In this document: piece after piece, positions 38,425 to 48,342 of the stretch
Layout: each line of letters opens with the position of its first letter
Position numbering within the stretch: position 1 is the stretch's first letter
Virus record (IMG/VR): IMGVR_UViG_3300029309_000034
Location: 1 to 59,246 of that record
Reading direction: 5' to 3' (one strand)
DNA: 59,246 nucleotides
Source of the DNA: a virus
Taxonomy: Duplodnaviria > Caudoviricetes
Program-made: the position numbers and the translations under genes
Notes under the pieces: model-generated
Seen by the model: only the letters and a program-made list of their open reading frames with translations
What the model was told of the DNA's origin: nothing
The model's database searches: none

Positions 38425-39257
38425 TATTTATCCCTCCATTTATCCATTATTTCATTAATACTTTTAGCTTCTTTCGCTGATTTAACTTTAGCTTTTTCTT
38501 CATTTGATGCTTCAAATGCTTCAAACTTAACAGGTTCTCTATCTTCTTCATCTACCTGATACACAGTTAATTTAATAGCGTTGTAAGCTGCTTGTTTTTC
38601 TGCTTGGTCTTTTATAACCTCTAAAACCCAATCTTCTGCCGCCTCTACAGGAGAAAATAAAGCTCTAGGTTTAATTGAGTTTGGGTCAAACTGCATTCTA
38701 GTAACAATTCTACCCGCACTCACATTATTGGTTGCTAACATTTGAACATATGTTTTAAACGGCCATCTCCCTTGCTCTTCTTTACCAAAACAAGAATTAG
38801 AAGGAAGAACTAATTCCAAAATATCACCCTCTGGGTCATTAGCTAAAACTATAGCCACTCTCCATGAAAGTCTGCATGAAGTGCTAACACCACCAAAGCC
38901 AGAGCCTCGCACACTGTTTGGGCAAGTATGACAAGACTTGGCTTGGGGTTTCCTCACCTCTACATCTGGATTTTTAGAATTATTTGACCAACATACGGGG
39001 CTTACTCTTTTACCCTCTTCATAAGAATCTTTATAATATACTCTTGATGGATTATGTGCCATCTTAATAATTATAATATTCATTATAGAGGAGTTAGCTG
39101 TGCTAACTTCTTTTCCCCCAACTATTTTTCTAAACACACCTCCCCGTAAGGATATGCGTTTTGTTTGATTAGAGAAGCTACTATTTGCAACAGCAACGGT
39201 ATCTTCATCTAATCCAATATTAGGGTTCTTTTCCAGAATGCCCTTGAGTTTGTCCAT
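38424..39257 (-). CDS. Putative ssDNA-binding/annealing protein with Cys4 site
   Basis: RISLRGGVFR, P.CWS, C..CP, SCR motifs; position in the replication operon. Confidence 0.55.
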   Translation of the reverse strand: MDKLKGILEKNPNIGLDEDTVAVANSSFSNQTKRISLRGGVFRKIVGGKEVSTANSSIMNIIIIKMAHNPSRVYYKDSYEEGKRVSPVCWSNNSKNPDVEVRKPQAKSCHTCPNSVRGSGFGGVSTSCRLSWRVAIVLANDPEGDILELVLPSNSCFGKEEQGRWPFKTYVQMLATNNVSAGRIVTRMQFDPNSIKPRALFSPVEAAEDWVLEVIKDQAEKQAAYNAIKLTVYQVDEEDREPVKFEAFEASNEEKAKVKSAKEAKSINEIMDKWRDK

Positions 39258-39260
39258 CTG

Positions 39261-39932
39261 TTAATCTTTAGCTCCCCACTTATCTACAATGTCAGCAATA
39301 TCCGTACTGCCGTCATTCTCTGGTTTGCTTTTTACAACCTCTGGTTCTGCTACTTTTTCTTCAACTACTGATGGAGAGTTATCAAAAACTTCTGAACCCT
39401 CTTCTTTTTCTTTTTTAATGTAGCCTGAAGTTTTTTCAAAACCAAAACGTCCTGCACCCTCTGAGCCCTCAACAAGAGCGATAACTTGTACTGCTCTTAG
39501 TTTTAATGACACACCTGCTCCTATGGTAGAAACAAAGTATGGGTATAGTGCTGCGTTTACTCTTATTTCAGAGCCACCCCATATTTGAGTGTCTGTAAGA
39601 GTGTCTCCCCCAGCATCAAATATAGCAGGTTTATAAGCTGCTTTTGATTTGAATTTAAAGATAACATTCCCTGTAGGTTTACCATCATCATCTAACTCGT
39701 CTGCATAAGGTGGGTTAGCTGTTTTAATAGTTTTTTTCTTTTGCTTTTTTAGTTCATCTTTTAGATTCTCTGAAAAAACTTCATTGATAGTATCAATAAT
39801 AGGTTGTGCTTCTTTTTTAGAGAGCACAAGATTAACTTTGTACTCCCCGTCTTTATTATACTCTGTATCTGGTTTACTCAACCACGGATATAGAGCTATG
39901 CCTGTCGGTGTGGTTATGGTTTGTTTTGCCAT
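39261..39932 (-). CDS. ssb: T7 gp2.5-like single-stranded DNA-binding protein
   Basis: TP.G.A.YPWL.KPD, G.YKV.L, FKFK, IWGGSE, GVSL.L.AVQVI.LVE; charged tail. Confidence 0.8.
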   Translation of the reverse strand: MAKQTITTPTGIALYPWLSKPDTEYNKDGEYKVNLVLSKKEAQPIIDTINEVFSENLKDELKKQKKKTIKTANPPYADELDDDGKPTGNVIFKFKSKAAYKPAIFDAGGDTLTDTQIWGGSEIRVNAALYPYFVSTIGAGVSLKLRAVQVIALVEGSEGAGRFGFEKTSGYIKKEKEEGSEVFDNSPSVVEEKVAEPEVVKSKPENDGSTDIADIVDKWGAKD

Positions 39933-39944
39933 AATATATACTCC

Positions 39945-40388
39945 TTATTTACTTGGTTTACGAACTACTATACTGAATGCCCTCATGGAACTAATTCCTG
40001 GTGGCAGTCCTTCTTCTGTACGACTAGATAAAAACTCTTTAAAATTTGCTTGGTGTATGCGTTGTTGTAATAATTCTGGTGCTTCATTCTCTAAAATAAA
40101 GTCCTTAAAATTACTCCAGTCAGAACACACAAAGTTTTCTTTTAAAGATTTAATAATCGTACCCCTCGAAGTTTTTATGCTATCTGCATTTACTTCATTA
40201 CAAGAATTAAGCATGACTTGCTCTAACTGCTCAAGGTCGTTTTTTAACTCTTGGTCTTTCTTTTGAAACTCTCTAGCTCTTCTGTCTTTTTCGTTGCGAA
40301 TCGTTATGTAAGTATCAACCACTTCATCTAACGGAATCTTTTCGTTGTCGACAGACTTTTCTAGAACTTCACTTACTTCATCACTCAT
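39945..40388 (-). CDS. Coiled-coil replication-module protein
   Basis: Y..IR..K helix, SIKT..GT, DW..F..FI, LLQ.RI.Q, LPPG pattern. Confidence 0.7.
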   Translation of the reverse strand: MSDEVSEVLEKSVDNEKIPLDEVVDTYITIRNEKDRRAREFQKKDQELKNDLEQLEQVMLNSCNEVNADSIKTSRGTIIKSLKENFVCSDWSNFKDFILENEAPELLQQRIHQANFKEFLSSRTEEGLPPGISSMRAFSIVVRKPSK

Positions 40389-41950
40389 AGGTCTAATTCC
40401 TCCCTATATAAGTCAACTAATTTAGTATGCTGGTCTACTTTACCTTGTAGCATCGCATACATTCTTTTTTCAACATCAGACCCTTGCAGATGAACAACTG
40501 TCATTTTGTTCTTTTGCCCAACCCTATCCATTCTGGCAACACATTGTAAGTAAACTTCAACAGACATTACAGGAGACCAAAACACAACTGTGTCTGCTCT
40601 AGTTAGTGTCACTCCGTGAGAAGCTGACTGTGGTTGTATTACAAGAACTTTAGGTTCGTCTTGATTTTGAAATCGGCTAATAATACTTGCTCTTTGATTA
40701 GCAGACACATCACCATTGATTACTTCGTTAGTTATGTTTTTTGAGTCTAAAAACTCTGATAAAAACTCTATAGTATGTCTGTAAGGCACAAAGAGAAGCA
40801 CCTTATTGTTTGTTTCGTCCAACACTTCCATCAAAGCGTTAAGTCTTGGTTTAATATCAAACTTGATAGTTTGTTGCTCGTCAGTATAAACTGCACCGCC
40901 AGAGATTTGTAACAATTTTTGTAAGCCCGCAGCTGCGTTCACCGCACTAACAGATTCAGTATCGGTAGCTATAATCATTTGCGTTTTTAGTTGTTTATAA
41001 AATTTTTCTACTTGTTTTGTCAGAGGTACGACTCTAGTTTGATACATTACATCGGGTAAATCTAAACATTGGTCTTTGGCAAATCGTATCGCAGGTTGTA
41101 ATGCTTGAAACACATAATCTTTAGCTTTAGGTCTAGGTAGCCACTTAAATCTTGATACTTGATACATTACTTTTTCTCTCCAAGCTGCCGATAATTTAGG
41201 TATCCTATTAGGACAAATAAGTTTTGCAATCCCAAAAGCGTCCATAGGAGATTGTGAGGCAGGTGTGCCTGTCATCATCCATACTCTTGTTTTAGGAGTT
41301 AATATTTTATTAATTGTTTTCCACCTAACTGTAGTATGTGATTTATATGCGTTACACTCATCAATTATAATTAAATCGTAGTCTATGTGTTTGATTTCAT
41401 TTTTGACTATATTCACTCCATCATAATTAATAATAGTAAAATCATAGTCGCTTTCTATTATTGTTTTTCTTTTGTGAGCAGAGCCATGACAAACAACAGA
41501 ACTTCTATGCATACAAGTGTTAAATACATCTCCCTGCCATGCGGAGTACATAATAGATAGCGGACAAATAATTAAAACTTTTTTTATTTTACCTTGTTCC
41601 ATTAAATAATCGGCTGCCCAAAGAGCAGACGAAGTTTTACCTGTACCTGCTTCATTGAAACAAAAAGCTTTTCTGTTAATACTTAAAAATTCAGCAGTAG
41701 TTGCTTGGTGTTTAAACGGTTTGTATAGTCCTGGATATGAATAGTCTCTTCTCATAGGTGAAGGGAGATTATTTTTAAGTCGCATGAGTTTATTTATTTG
41801 AGTCATTTCATCAAGACCCCAATAAACTACAACAGAAGAACGCTTATCTTCTGTATTTAATATTTCGCTCTGTGGTATTGTTTCTTTAACAAGTTTACCT
41901 AAGTGTTCAGGCAACACAAGTTTAACGGCTCTCTCTCCAATTAATTTCAT
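40385..41950 (-). CDS. SNF2-family SF2 helicase
   Basis: GTGKT, IIDEC, MTGTP, GVTLT.A, Q...RMDR.GQ. Confidence 0.9.
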   Translation of the reverse strand: MKLIGERAVKLVLPEHLGKLVKETIPQSEILNTEDKRSSVVVYWGLDEMTQINKLMRLKNNLPSPMRRDYSYPGLYKPFKHQATTAEFLSINRKAFCFNEAGTGKTSSALWAADYLMEQGKIKKVLIICPLSIMYSAWQGDVFNTCMHRSSVVCHGSAHKRKTIIESDYDFTIINYDGVNIVKNEIKHIDYDLIIIDECNAYKSHTTVRWKTINKILTPKTRVWMMTGTPASQSPMDAFGIAKLICPNRIPKLSAAWREKVMYQVSRFKWLPRPKAKDYVFQALQPAIRFAKDQCLDLPDVMYQTRVVPLTKQVEKFYKQLKTQMIIATDTESVSAVNAAAGLQKLLQISGGAVYTDEQQTIKFDIKPRLNALMEVLDETNNKVLLFVPYRHTIEFLSEFLDSKNITNEVINGDVSANQRASIISRFQNQDEPKVLVIQPQSASHGVTLTRADTVVFWSPVMSVEVYLQCVARMDRVGQKNKMTVVHLQGSDVEKRMYAMLQGKVDQHTKLVDLYREELDL

Positions 41951-41998
41951 ATGTTTTTACTAATTTTAACTATTAACTTTTTACTAAACTAAACATTA

Positions 41999-42028
41999 AC
42001 TATATCACTACCTAAAAAAATATGTCAA
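41999..42028 (-). promoter_or_regulatory. Sigma70 promoter for the helicase/SSB/primase operon
   Basis: TTGACA (42023-28), 18 nt, TGn-TATAGT (41999-42004) on the minus strand. Confidence 0.75.
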
Positions 42029-42171
42029 GTCTTTCTTTTCTTTTTACTTTTCTTTTTACCTGCTTTAGACAATGCAATAGCTATTGCTTGTTTGTGGGGC
42101 TTTCCTGCTTTCATCTCTTTTCTAATATTAGATGATATTGTTTTTTTAGACTTTCCTTTTTTTAGTGGCAC
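42025..42171 (-). CDS. 48-aa basic protein (not in ORF track)
   Basis: GTG start; [48 protein letters not shown], a recurrent phage family (recall). Confidence 0.7.
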   Translation of the reverse strand: MPLKKGKSKKTISSNIRKEMKAGKPHKQAIAIALSKAGKKKSKKKRKT

Positions 42172-42454
42172 GTTTCTTCCTTTCTCTTGTACTTGTTTCT
42201 GATACTAACTTTCTCTGTGAGTTTCTTTTAAATGACCTATTCTTTGACCTAGATTGCACTATTAAACCATCAGAGTTTTTACCGCCTTTGGATAAAGCTT
42301 TTTTATGGGATACATCTTTGCCTTTACGGTCTATACCTTTTGCGTCTATTTTTCTACGAGCTCTAGCACGAGCAGCTCTAGCTTTCTTTTCATTTCTAGC
42401 TTTCTGCTGTTGATATTCTTTTTTATAAGGTCTTGGTTTATTTACATACGGCAT
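42146..42454 (-). CDS. Basic, degenerate HNH-like protein
   Basis: [14 protein letters not shown]...SRSKNRS; TGn-TAAAAT 7 nt before the ATG. Confidence 0.6.
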   Translation of the reverse strand: MPYVNKPRPYKKEYQQQKARNEKKARAARARARRKIDAKGIDRKGKDVSHKKALSKGGKNSDGLIVQSRSKNRSFKRNSQRKLVSETSTRERKKRATKKRKV

Positions 42455-42472
42455 AGTACAAATTTTATCACA

Positions 42473-43144
42473 TCAAAATGGAGATGTCTTGGGTCTGTTG
42501 AATTCGCAAGTGTCCACGGAACACCAGCCACACAACGGTGTAGGATTAGGTTGCCATTGGTCATAATCATAGCTTGTTTCTAGTCTACTTAAGGGTGCTT
42601 CAAAAGATTTCCAAAGTTTATCCATGTCATTTCTGTGATACTCTTCTGTCAAAAAACTATTTTTTAAAACAAACAAAAGTCCTGCTTTAATTTTGACGAT
42701 TTCTGGCATTTGAGTAAATAACATGATAGCCATAAGTTTTAACTGCTTTGGGTCAGGGTATTTATTACTGCCTGTCTTATAATCAACAATATACGCTTGC
42801 TCACCATCTATAATAACTAAGTCAGCGATACCTCTAACCCACCTATTTTCAGCATAAAAATCACATGGCTCTTTGTTATACGTAAGTGCCATTTCATATT
42901 CACAAAATTTTTTGCCTTTTATATTTATTAAAGCATCAACCATTTTTTTAAATCGTTGGTAGTTTTTAGCTAAAGGTTTGCCGTCTCGCACATATTCTTC
43001 TAAAGCCGTATGAACTTCTTTTCCATATATCATGGCTTCACTTTGTTGTACAGTATAATTTTTTAATACTCTTATCTCGTGATATTGTTTTGGGCAGTTT
43101 TGATATTGTTTAAGTGATGAGTAACTCCATGTAAAATCAGTCAC
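42473..43144 (-). CDS. PD-(D/E)xK exonuclease (RecB/Cas4-like)
   Basis: SYSSL..Y..CP, G..VH..LE, RG.ADL, DYKTG, QL..., C.WC...C; GTG start after GGAG. Confidence 0.85.
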   Translation of the reverse strand: MTDFTWSYSSLKQYQNCPKQYHEIRVLKNYTVQQSEAMIYGKEVHTALEEYVRDGKPLAKNYQRFKKMVDALINIKGKKFCEYEMALTYNKEPCDFYAENRWVRGIADLVIIDGEQAYIVDYKTGSNKYPDPKQLKLMAIMLFTQMPEIVKIKAGLLFVLKNSFLTEEYHRNDMDKLWKSFEAPLSRLETSYDYDQWQPNPTPLCGWCSVDTCEFNRPKTSPF

Positions 43145-43207
43145 TTTGTCTCCGCACTCTTTATTATAGTTATTAAATATTATCATATATTGATGTTCTT
43201 TGTAACT

Positions 43208-45073
43208 TCAACAGTCTCCATAGTTGTCTGCGTAACCGCCCTCACACGCTATCGGACAGTCCTTTGCCCAACCTGGAGGCTTAGACATTTCTGCTATAAT
43301 ATAATTTAAAGCATCATCTTTATCCTTTTCTGCTGCGACACAAACAATAGCGTCATGCACTGTTAATGCAGGTCTATACTTATCACTTATGTTTATCATT
43401 TGTTCCCCAATAACTATTCGAGCTAATGCTTGTACTATATTTTCAACCATACCACCACCCCAAATACCAACTTTGCCATTTCTTCTTTTATATGTGTATC
43501 TACTTTTAGTTTCAGAAGTGTCCCACTCTAAATCTGGATAGTAAATATATAAGCCATTCGGTAGCTTTATTCCCTTAGGAGTAATCATTACACACTCACC
43601 CTCACCAATGTAGTACGGTTCTTTGCCCTCAGGCCATGACGCTATGTCTGCTAATGCATTATCACATTCTTGCCACAACTGAATTACTTTATCGTTAACC
43701 TCTCTGTAAACTCTTACTAATCTTTTACATTCATCTTCATTAAAGTCTACACCTGCTCCCAACTTCAAAACATTTTGTAGTTTCATAGCACCTGTGCCAT
43801 AACCTAAACCAAGAATACAGGTTTTACCAACTGCTCGTTCTGTTTTTTCTTTCTTAGTAATCTTCTTGTTATACACTTTACTAGCAAACTCACAGTACAC
43901 ATCTCTGCCCTCTCTGTACCACTCTGTAACATCTTGCTGCCCTGCCAACCAAACCAATAGTCTTGCCTCTATCTGTGAAGAATCTATGTTCATACAAACA
44001 TAACCCTCAGGCGGCACTATGGCTTGTTTCAATGCTTTCTTTTTAGCGTCCCTTGACGGCAAGTTTTGAAAGTTAACTTTATCTGCACCGCTCCATCTAC
44101 CTGTGTGTGCTCCATAATACTTAAGCGGTATTGGTAGTTTGCCTCTGTTTCTTGCTCCTATATCAATAAAGCGTTCTATGCGAGACTCTTCAATCGTTGA
44201 CTTTGTGCCTAAACGAACTGAACATAAGTCTTGAATTAACGGGTCTGCGTGGTTTTGAAGGGCGATAAAGGCTTCATCTGTCTTTGCTAAAGCAAATGTT
44301 GGTTTGCCTGTGGTGGGACTTTCTTTCATAGGCACAGGAACACTAAGTTCTTCAAGTAATTCTGCAAATTGTTTATTACTCGCTAATTTTTTACGCACTT
44401 CTTCTGCTGATTCACAGTTTAATTTAGCCTTTAATCCATCTAACAACAGTTGTTTTTCTTCTTTGATTTCCGCAAGTCTATCTATTAACAAAGCATCATC
44501 TACTTTTAACTGCGGTTGTGTAAACATTCTTATGGTTAAATCAATAAGCTTCAGCTCGCCTAGGGGATAGTGTACTTTTAAAATATTAAATAGTTTATAA
44601 GTTAGCTCTACATCATTAACACAATAGTTACCATACGCACCCAGCTCCTCACCATCAAAGTTCTCTAAGCGTTTGCCCTTAGCATCTAATACTTCTGTGC
44701 CCTTTTCTCCTAGCTGATAGCGTTCTGCAAGTGCTTTCAAAGAACCACCTGCATTAGTGCCATGATAAGCTCGAGCCATAGACAAGGTATCAAAATACAC
44801 CTTAGGAGATATGTCAAAAACAAATGATAAGATTGCACCATCAAACATCGTATTGTGACACACTAGGGCCGAAGCCCTCCAATCAATAGTGTCTAGCACA
44901 GCATGAATATCTTTATGTGTCCCTGTATGCCAATGAGTAAGCCCATCATCAATTTTAATACCTACGCCTATGACTTGAAAACGTGAGTCTCTTATGTATT
45001 CTTCTGTAGTAAGCTTGTTAAGACTATAGCCAACATCATAAAAAGTCTCAAAATCAATCGTAACTAACTGCAT
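43208..45073 (-). CDS. polA: DNA polymerase family A with 3'-5' exonuclease
   Basis: DFET, HN..FD, Y..ND exonuclease motifs; TGRWS, NFQNLP, DSSQIEAR, KTCILGLGYG, VHDA. Confidence 0.93.
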   Translation of the reverse strand: MQLVTIDFETFYDVGYSLNKLTTEEYIRDSRFQVIGVGIKIDDGLTHWHTGTHKDIHAVLDTIDWRASALVCHNTMFDGAILSFVFDISPKVYFDTLSMARAYHGTNAGGSLKALAERYQLGEKGTEVLDAKGKRLENFDGEELGAYGNYCVNDVELTYKLFNILKVHYPLGELKLIDLTIRMFTQPQLKVDDALLIDRLAEIKEEKQLLLDGLKAKLNCESAEEVRKKLASNKQFAELLEELSVPVPMKESPTTGKPTFALAKTDEAFIALQNHADPLIQDLCSVRLGTKSTIEESRIERFIDIGARNRGKLPIPLKYYGAHTGRWSGADKVNFQNLPSRDAKKKALKQAIVPPEGYVCMNIDSSQIEARLLVWLAGQQDVTEWYREGRDVYCEFASKVYNKKITKKEKTERAVGKTCILGLGYGTGAMKLQNVLKLGAGVDFNEDECKRLVRVYREVNDKVIQLWQECDNALADIASWPEGKEPYYIGEGECVMITPKGIKLPNGLYIYYPDLEWDTSETKSRYTYKRRNGKVGIWGGGMVENIVQALARIVIGEQMINISDKYRPALTVHDAIVCVAAEKDKDDALNYIIAEMSKPPGWAKDCPIACEGGYADNYGDC

Positions 45074-45230
45074 AATTTCTCTCTTTTTTTTCTTCTCTAC
45101 ATCTACCTACTAAATTGTATGCCCCTTTTTTGCTTTTCCATGTGCACCACCACACGCCTCTATCAAGAAATTTAGCTTTCTCTCCGCACTTATTACACAC
45201 TTCTTTGTGTGTTTTTTTATTATCACTCAT
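45054..45230 (-). CDS. 58-aa Cys-containing protein (not in ORF track)
   Basis: ATGA coupling; CNKCGE...WWC...C. Confidence 0.55.
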   Translation of the reverse strand: MSDNKKTHKEVCNKCGEKAKFLDRGVWWCTWKSKKGAYNLVGRCREEKKERNYAVSYD

Positions 45231-45514
45231 TTTTTATGTTGTTTTCTAAGTGCTTCTTTTCCTTTTTTAAATATAGACGCAACTTGTGTTTTGCCCATAA
45301 CTTTAGCTCGTTGCTCACCAACTGTTAGGATTTGTATTTTACGTGCGTATGGCTTGTTAATTTTTTTAACTTTAGCCACAGTCTTTCTTGCGTCTGTAGG
45401 AGTCGCAAACTTTATGCCTACAGTGTCCTTCGGGTTTTCGTCAGTATATAGTCTACGACCACTACCCTTTGGTTTTTTACCTGTTCCTACTTTTGGGTCT
45501 TTTCTTTTTTTCAT
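45227..45514 (-). CDS. Basic protein (RLYTDENPKDT family)
   Basis: GAGGAG RBS; highly basic. Confidence 0.75.
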   Translation of the reverse strand: MKKRKDPKVGTGKKPKGSGRRLYTDENPKDTVGIKFATPTDARKTVAKVKKINKPYARKIQILTVGEQRAKVMGKTQVASIFKKGKEALRKQHKK

Positions 45515-45744
45515 GTCTCCTCACTGTCTAAGTCATAGCCAGTTCCCAGCCCTTTTTTAAAAAATTCTTCATCAGTCATTCCTAACACTGCTTCATGTTG
45601 ATTTAAATTTAACTGTTTATTTTTGTCAACGTAAATCGTAAGATATGTGATTCTATCCTTAGGGTGCAGACTATCATAAGTGTTGGAATTTCTACCTCTC
45701 TCAATGATGTCGCTTATGGTTGTGGGTTTTTTCTCTTCACTCAT
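45511..45744 (-). CDS. Hypothetical protein
   Basis: Operon packing with ATGA overlap. Confidence 0.6.
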   Translation of the reverse strand: MSEEKKPTTISDIIERGRNSNTYDSLHPKDRITYLTIYVDKNKQLNLNQHEAVLGMTDEEFFKKGLGTGYDLDSEET

Positions 45745-45749
45745 AATTT

Positions 45750-46046
45750 TTAAATGTTACTTTCACTTGATAGTATCAAACACTCTAACATGTCAACATT
45801 TGTTTCGTCAACAACTAATGATTGACCTAGTGAATTTTTTATATCGTTGAGATTTTTTTCTTGAAGTGCTGTGGGTTTGTTGCCGTTGGCTTTGCACTCG
45901 ATACCAATGAACTTGCCACGATAAGATACAATAAAGTCTGGTACACCACTAAAGCCATAGCCACCTGTTGCAGGTGTACAGTAATAACAGCTAAGTTCCT
46001 TTAAAATTTTTTTTACTTTCTGCTTGACTTTTTTCTCTGGTGTCAA
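45750..46046 (-). CDS. VRR-NUC nuclease / Holliday junction resolvase-like
   Basis: E.KV, GVPDF, IECKA, PTALQ. Confidence 0.85.
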   Translation of the reverse strand: MTPEKKVKQKVKKILKELSCYYCTPATGGYGFSGVPDFIVSYRGKFIGIECKANGNKPTALQEKNLNDIKNSLGQSLVVDETNVDMLECLILSSESNI

Positions 46047-46434
46047 TACTAATTCCTTTCAGTTCAAATAGTTCATGTTCAGACATGACTATAACATATA
46101 TACTATCAGACACACACCAACCGATATGTTCGAACTCTGGATTTTCGCTTGTGAATTTCTTCCCGACATAACAATCTAGCTCCACAAAAAATTCATCTTC
46201 AAAAGCATTCCAATCTTTTTTAGAAATAGAGTTAATCATGGCTAACTTTGATTTAATAAAGGAAGGTAATGTTTCCGCCTGGAGTATTCTTTTTGTGTTA
46301 TTACCAGTATAAAATTTATATGATAGAGAAGCTGAGTTTTCCCGTTTGCTTACGGGAACTTCCGTTTCTAGGAGCACCATGTGGTGGTGCTCTGAAAATT
46401 GTTTTGGACTGTATAATATCTCTCCTACTCTCAT
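45991..46434 (-). CDS. Hypothetical protein (contains palindrome copy 1)
   Basis: 147-aa ORF on the coding strand of this arm. Confidence 0.6.
   Translation of the reverse strand: MRVGEILYSPKQFSEHHHMVLLETEVPVSKRENSASLSYKFYTGNNTKRILQAETLPSFIKSKLAMINSISKKDWNAFEDEFFVELDCYVGKKFTSENPEFEHIGWCVSDSIYVIVMSEHELFELKGISIDTREKSQAESKKNFKGT
46339..46358. promoter_or_regulatory. TTCCCGT-N6-ACGGGAA palindrome, copy 1 (intragenic)
   Basis: TTCCCGT ttgctt ACGGGAA. Confidence 0.85.
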
Positions 46435-46544
46435 AGTAGGAACTATAATTACACTTATTTTATTTTTTGTCTATTTTTTTCTTCGTTATTTGCGATTTAA
46501 GGTACTTAAAAAAACTTTCGCTTATCTAAGTACCCCCATTTTAA

Positions 46545-46724
46545 TTATGAGTAATAGTGTTCAAAAATAACTTTGCCGTTTTCATCTTCAATTAAATATT
46601 CATAATCTGGATTTAGTGATAAATGCTCGTCAACCACTCCCTCGCCATAAATTTTCATTATTTCTTTATCGTCTTTTGCCTCGACCACTATTTTCCTTGT
46701 CCTAGTCACAAAGTATTTTTTCAT
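46545..46724 (-). CDS. 59-aa hypothetical protein (not in ORF track)
   Basis: GGAGG RBS, ATGA overlap; MKKYFVTRTRKIVVEAKDD... Confidence 0.65.
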   Translation of the reverse strand: MKKYFVTRTRKIVVEAKDDKEIMKIYGEGVVDEHLSLNPDYEYLIEDENGKVIFEHYYS

Positions 46725-46915
46725 AATTCACCTCCTTCATAAGCTTTATAATCTTCCTCAAGTTCCCACTCATGCCATCCAAAGCATTGGTCTATCCCAT
46801 AAAGAAAAGCATTTAATTCTTCAATGGTATCAAAAGTATATGTTTCTTTTGTTTCCTTATCCATTCCCCAAATTATTGTTACTTCTTGTTTAACTTTTTC
46901 TTTATCACTCATCAT
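46721..46915 (-). CDS. Acidic hypothetical protein
   Basis: GGAGG RBS; YTFDT.EEL.AF..G. Confidence 0.7.
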   Translation of the reverse strand: MMSDKEKVKQEVTIIWGMDKETKETYTFDTIEELNAFLYGIDQCFGWHEWELEEDYKAYEGGEL

Positions 46916-47075
46916 TCACCTCCTCTAACATGTCCTCTGTAAAACTTTCCTCAAAATATTCTAATTCTTTACAACGAATTTCTGGTTTTAAACGATATGT
47001 TTTACCGTCATCATTACCATCTTCATCTATCATATAAAATGTAATCTCGTTAAATCTTATGTATTTATCACTCAT
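46905..47075 (-). CDS. 56-aa acidic hypothetical protein (not in ORF track)
   Basis: GAGGTGAAAAACTATG leader; MSDKYIRFNEITFY... Confidence 0.65.
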   Translation of the reverse strand: MSDKYIRFNEITFYMIDEDGNDDGKTYRLKPEIRCKELEYFEESFTEDMLEEVNDE

Positions 47076-47094
47076 AGTTTTTCACCTCTCTCTT

Positions 47095-48342
47095 TTAAAA
47101 TTTAGGTTTAGGCACAAGCACCCAACTTACATTACTTAGTGCTGTCTTGTTGCTAGAGGCGTTAACATAATAACAACCAATATCTTCAAGCCACTTTCTA
47201 TCACCATAACTAATACGTCCTTTATAATACTTTCTATGTATTTTACCATCAGTTTCATTCTGCCAATTCTCTAGCTTTAGTTTAAGCATAGCGAATGTAG
47301 GTTTTAAACTATCATAAAAACACAAGTCGTCTAGGTGGCGTACCCTTTGTGAATTTGTAAGTTCTAGTCTTTTAAAATCTATCCCATACTTACGATTGCC
47401 TGTCTCGTCAGCAAATGCAGATTCTGGATTTTGAGTTACTTCGCCCACCAAATAACCTACATTATTAGACACTCCGATTGCAATAAACCCATTATCCATT
47501 TCTTGTTTAATTTGTTCATAAGCATCTTTTATGTCCTCTCGGTGTTCATCAAGAGCTGTTAGTTCCTTAGTATAGTGTTCAGCAATATTATGAGGTATCG
47601 CTGTTTTGTTTTTAAACAAGCACATAAGTATCTCACTTAAATAGCTTTTCTTATCATCTGTCAAATTATAAACTTTAGCTTCATAATCTCTACAAAGCTG
47701 TTGTAAGTTTGCCTGTGCACCCGTACGAGTAATATCCGCAATATATTCATAGCACATATCTCTAGTATCCATGTGATAATTAAAAACATAATGACCTACA
47801 GTTCCCAAATCATAGCTATCAGTGGTATGATTGTGTTCACCTCTAAGAGGTACATACTTCTTACGTTTTAAAGCTCTTAACACTTGTGATAGTTTCTTTG
47901 ACCTAATCGTTCTTGTATCCCATGAACTATGACCTCTGTCTTTGATTTCAAAGTCTGCATGAAAACAGTAATCATTTTTATCATCAATACAAACTACAGC
48001 CACATCAATTCCTTTGTGTGCAAGTGCGAAACTCTCAAAGTCTTGCCAACCACTGAATTCATTTCTAATTGTTTGCCCATGTGGACTATCGTCATCATCA
48101 TAAGGACAATATTTGTTATCATTTTGTCTATCGTCAAGAGGGAAATCAGAAAGTGCATATTTAGTACGATGACTGTGGTTCCCAGCTGAATTAGGACGTA
48201 TGTACTTCACCAATCTTCGTTGACTTACTTTGAGGTCGTGGGCATGACATATGTCCCGTACCATGGGCAAGACTTTACTCTCGCTTAAACTCTTCTCTAG
48301 GTCTGGTGTCCACATAGCTTTTTCAATATATTTCTTAATCAT
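47095..48342 (-). CDS. Hypothetical early protein, 415 aa
   Basis: GGAGAAAAACTATG leader; long ORF with no recognisable motif. Confidence 0.8.
   Translation of the reverse strand: MIKKYIEKAMWTPDLEKSLSESKVLPMVRDICHAHDLKVSQRRLVKYIRPNSAGNHSHRTKYALSDFPLDDRQNDNKYCPYDDDDSPHGQTIRNEFSGWQDFESFALAHKGIDVAVVCIDDKNDYCFHADFEIKDRGHSSWDTRTIRSKKLSQVLRALKRKKYVPLRGEHNHTTDSYDLGTVGHYVFNYHMDTRDMCYEYIADITRTGAQANLQQLCRDYEAKVYNLTDDKKSYLSEILMCLFKNKTAIPHNIAEHYTKELTALDEHREDIKDAYEQIKQEMDNGFIAIGVSNNVGYLVGEVTQNPESAFADETGNRKYGIDFKRLELTNSQRVRHLDDLCFYDSLKPTFAMLKLKLENWQNETDGKIHRKYYKGRISYGDRKWLEDIGCYYVNASSNKTALSNVSWVLVPKPKF

Noticed and set aside
42146-42454. HNH-like ORF as a homing endonuclease or intron marker
   Set aside because: Motif is degenerate and no neighbouring gene is interrupted
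42473-43144. Cas4-like nuclease as evidence of a CRISPR-Cas system
   Set aside because: Ordinary phage PD-(D/E)xK exonuclease next to the polymerase; no other cas genes, so the mini-array is not called CRISPR
46501-46534. GGTACTTA/TAAGTACC inverted repeat as a terminator
   Set aside because: Long loop and no clear U-tract; function unsupported
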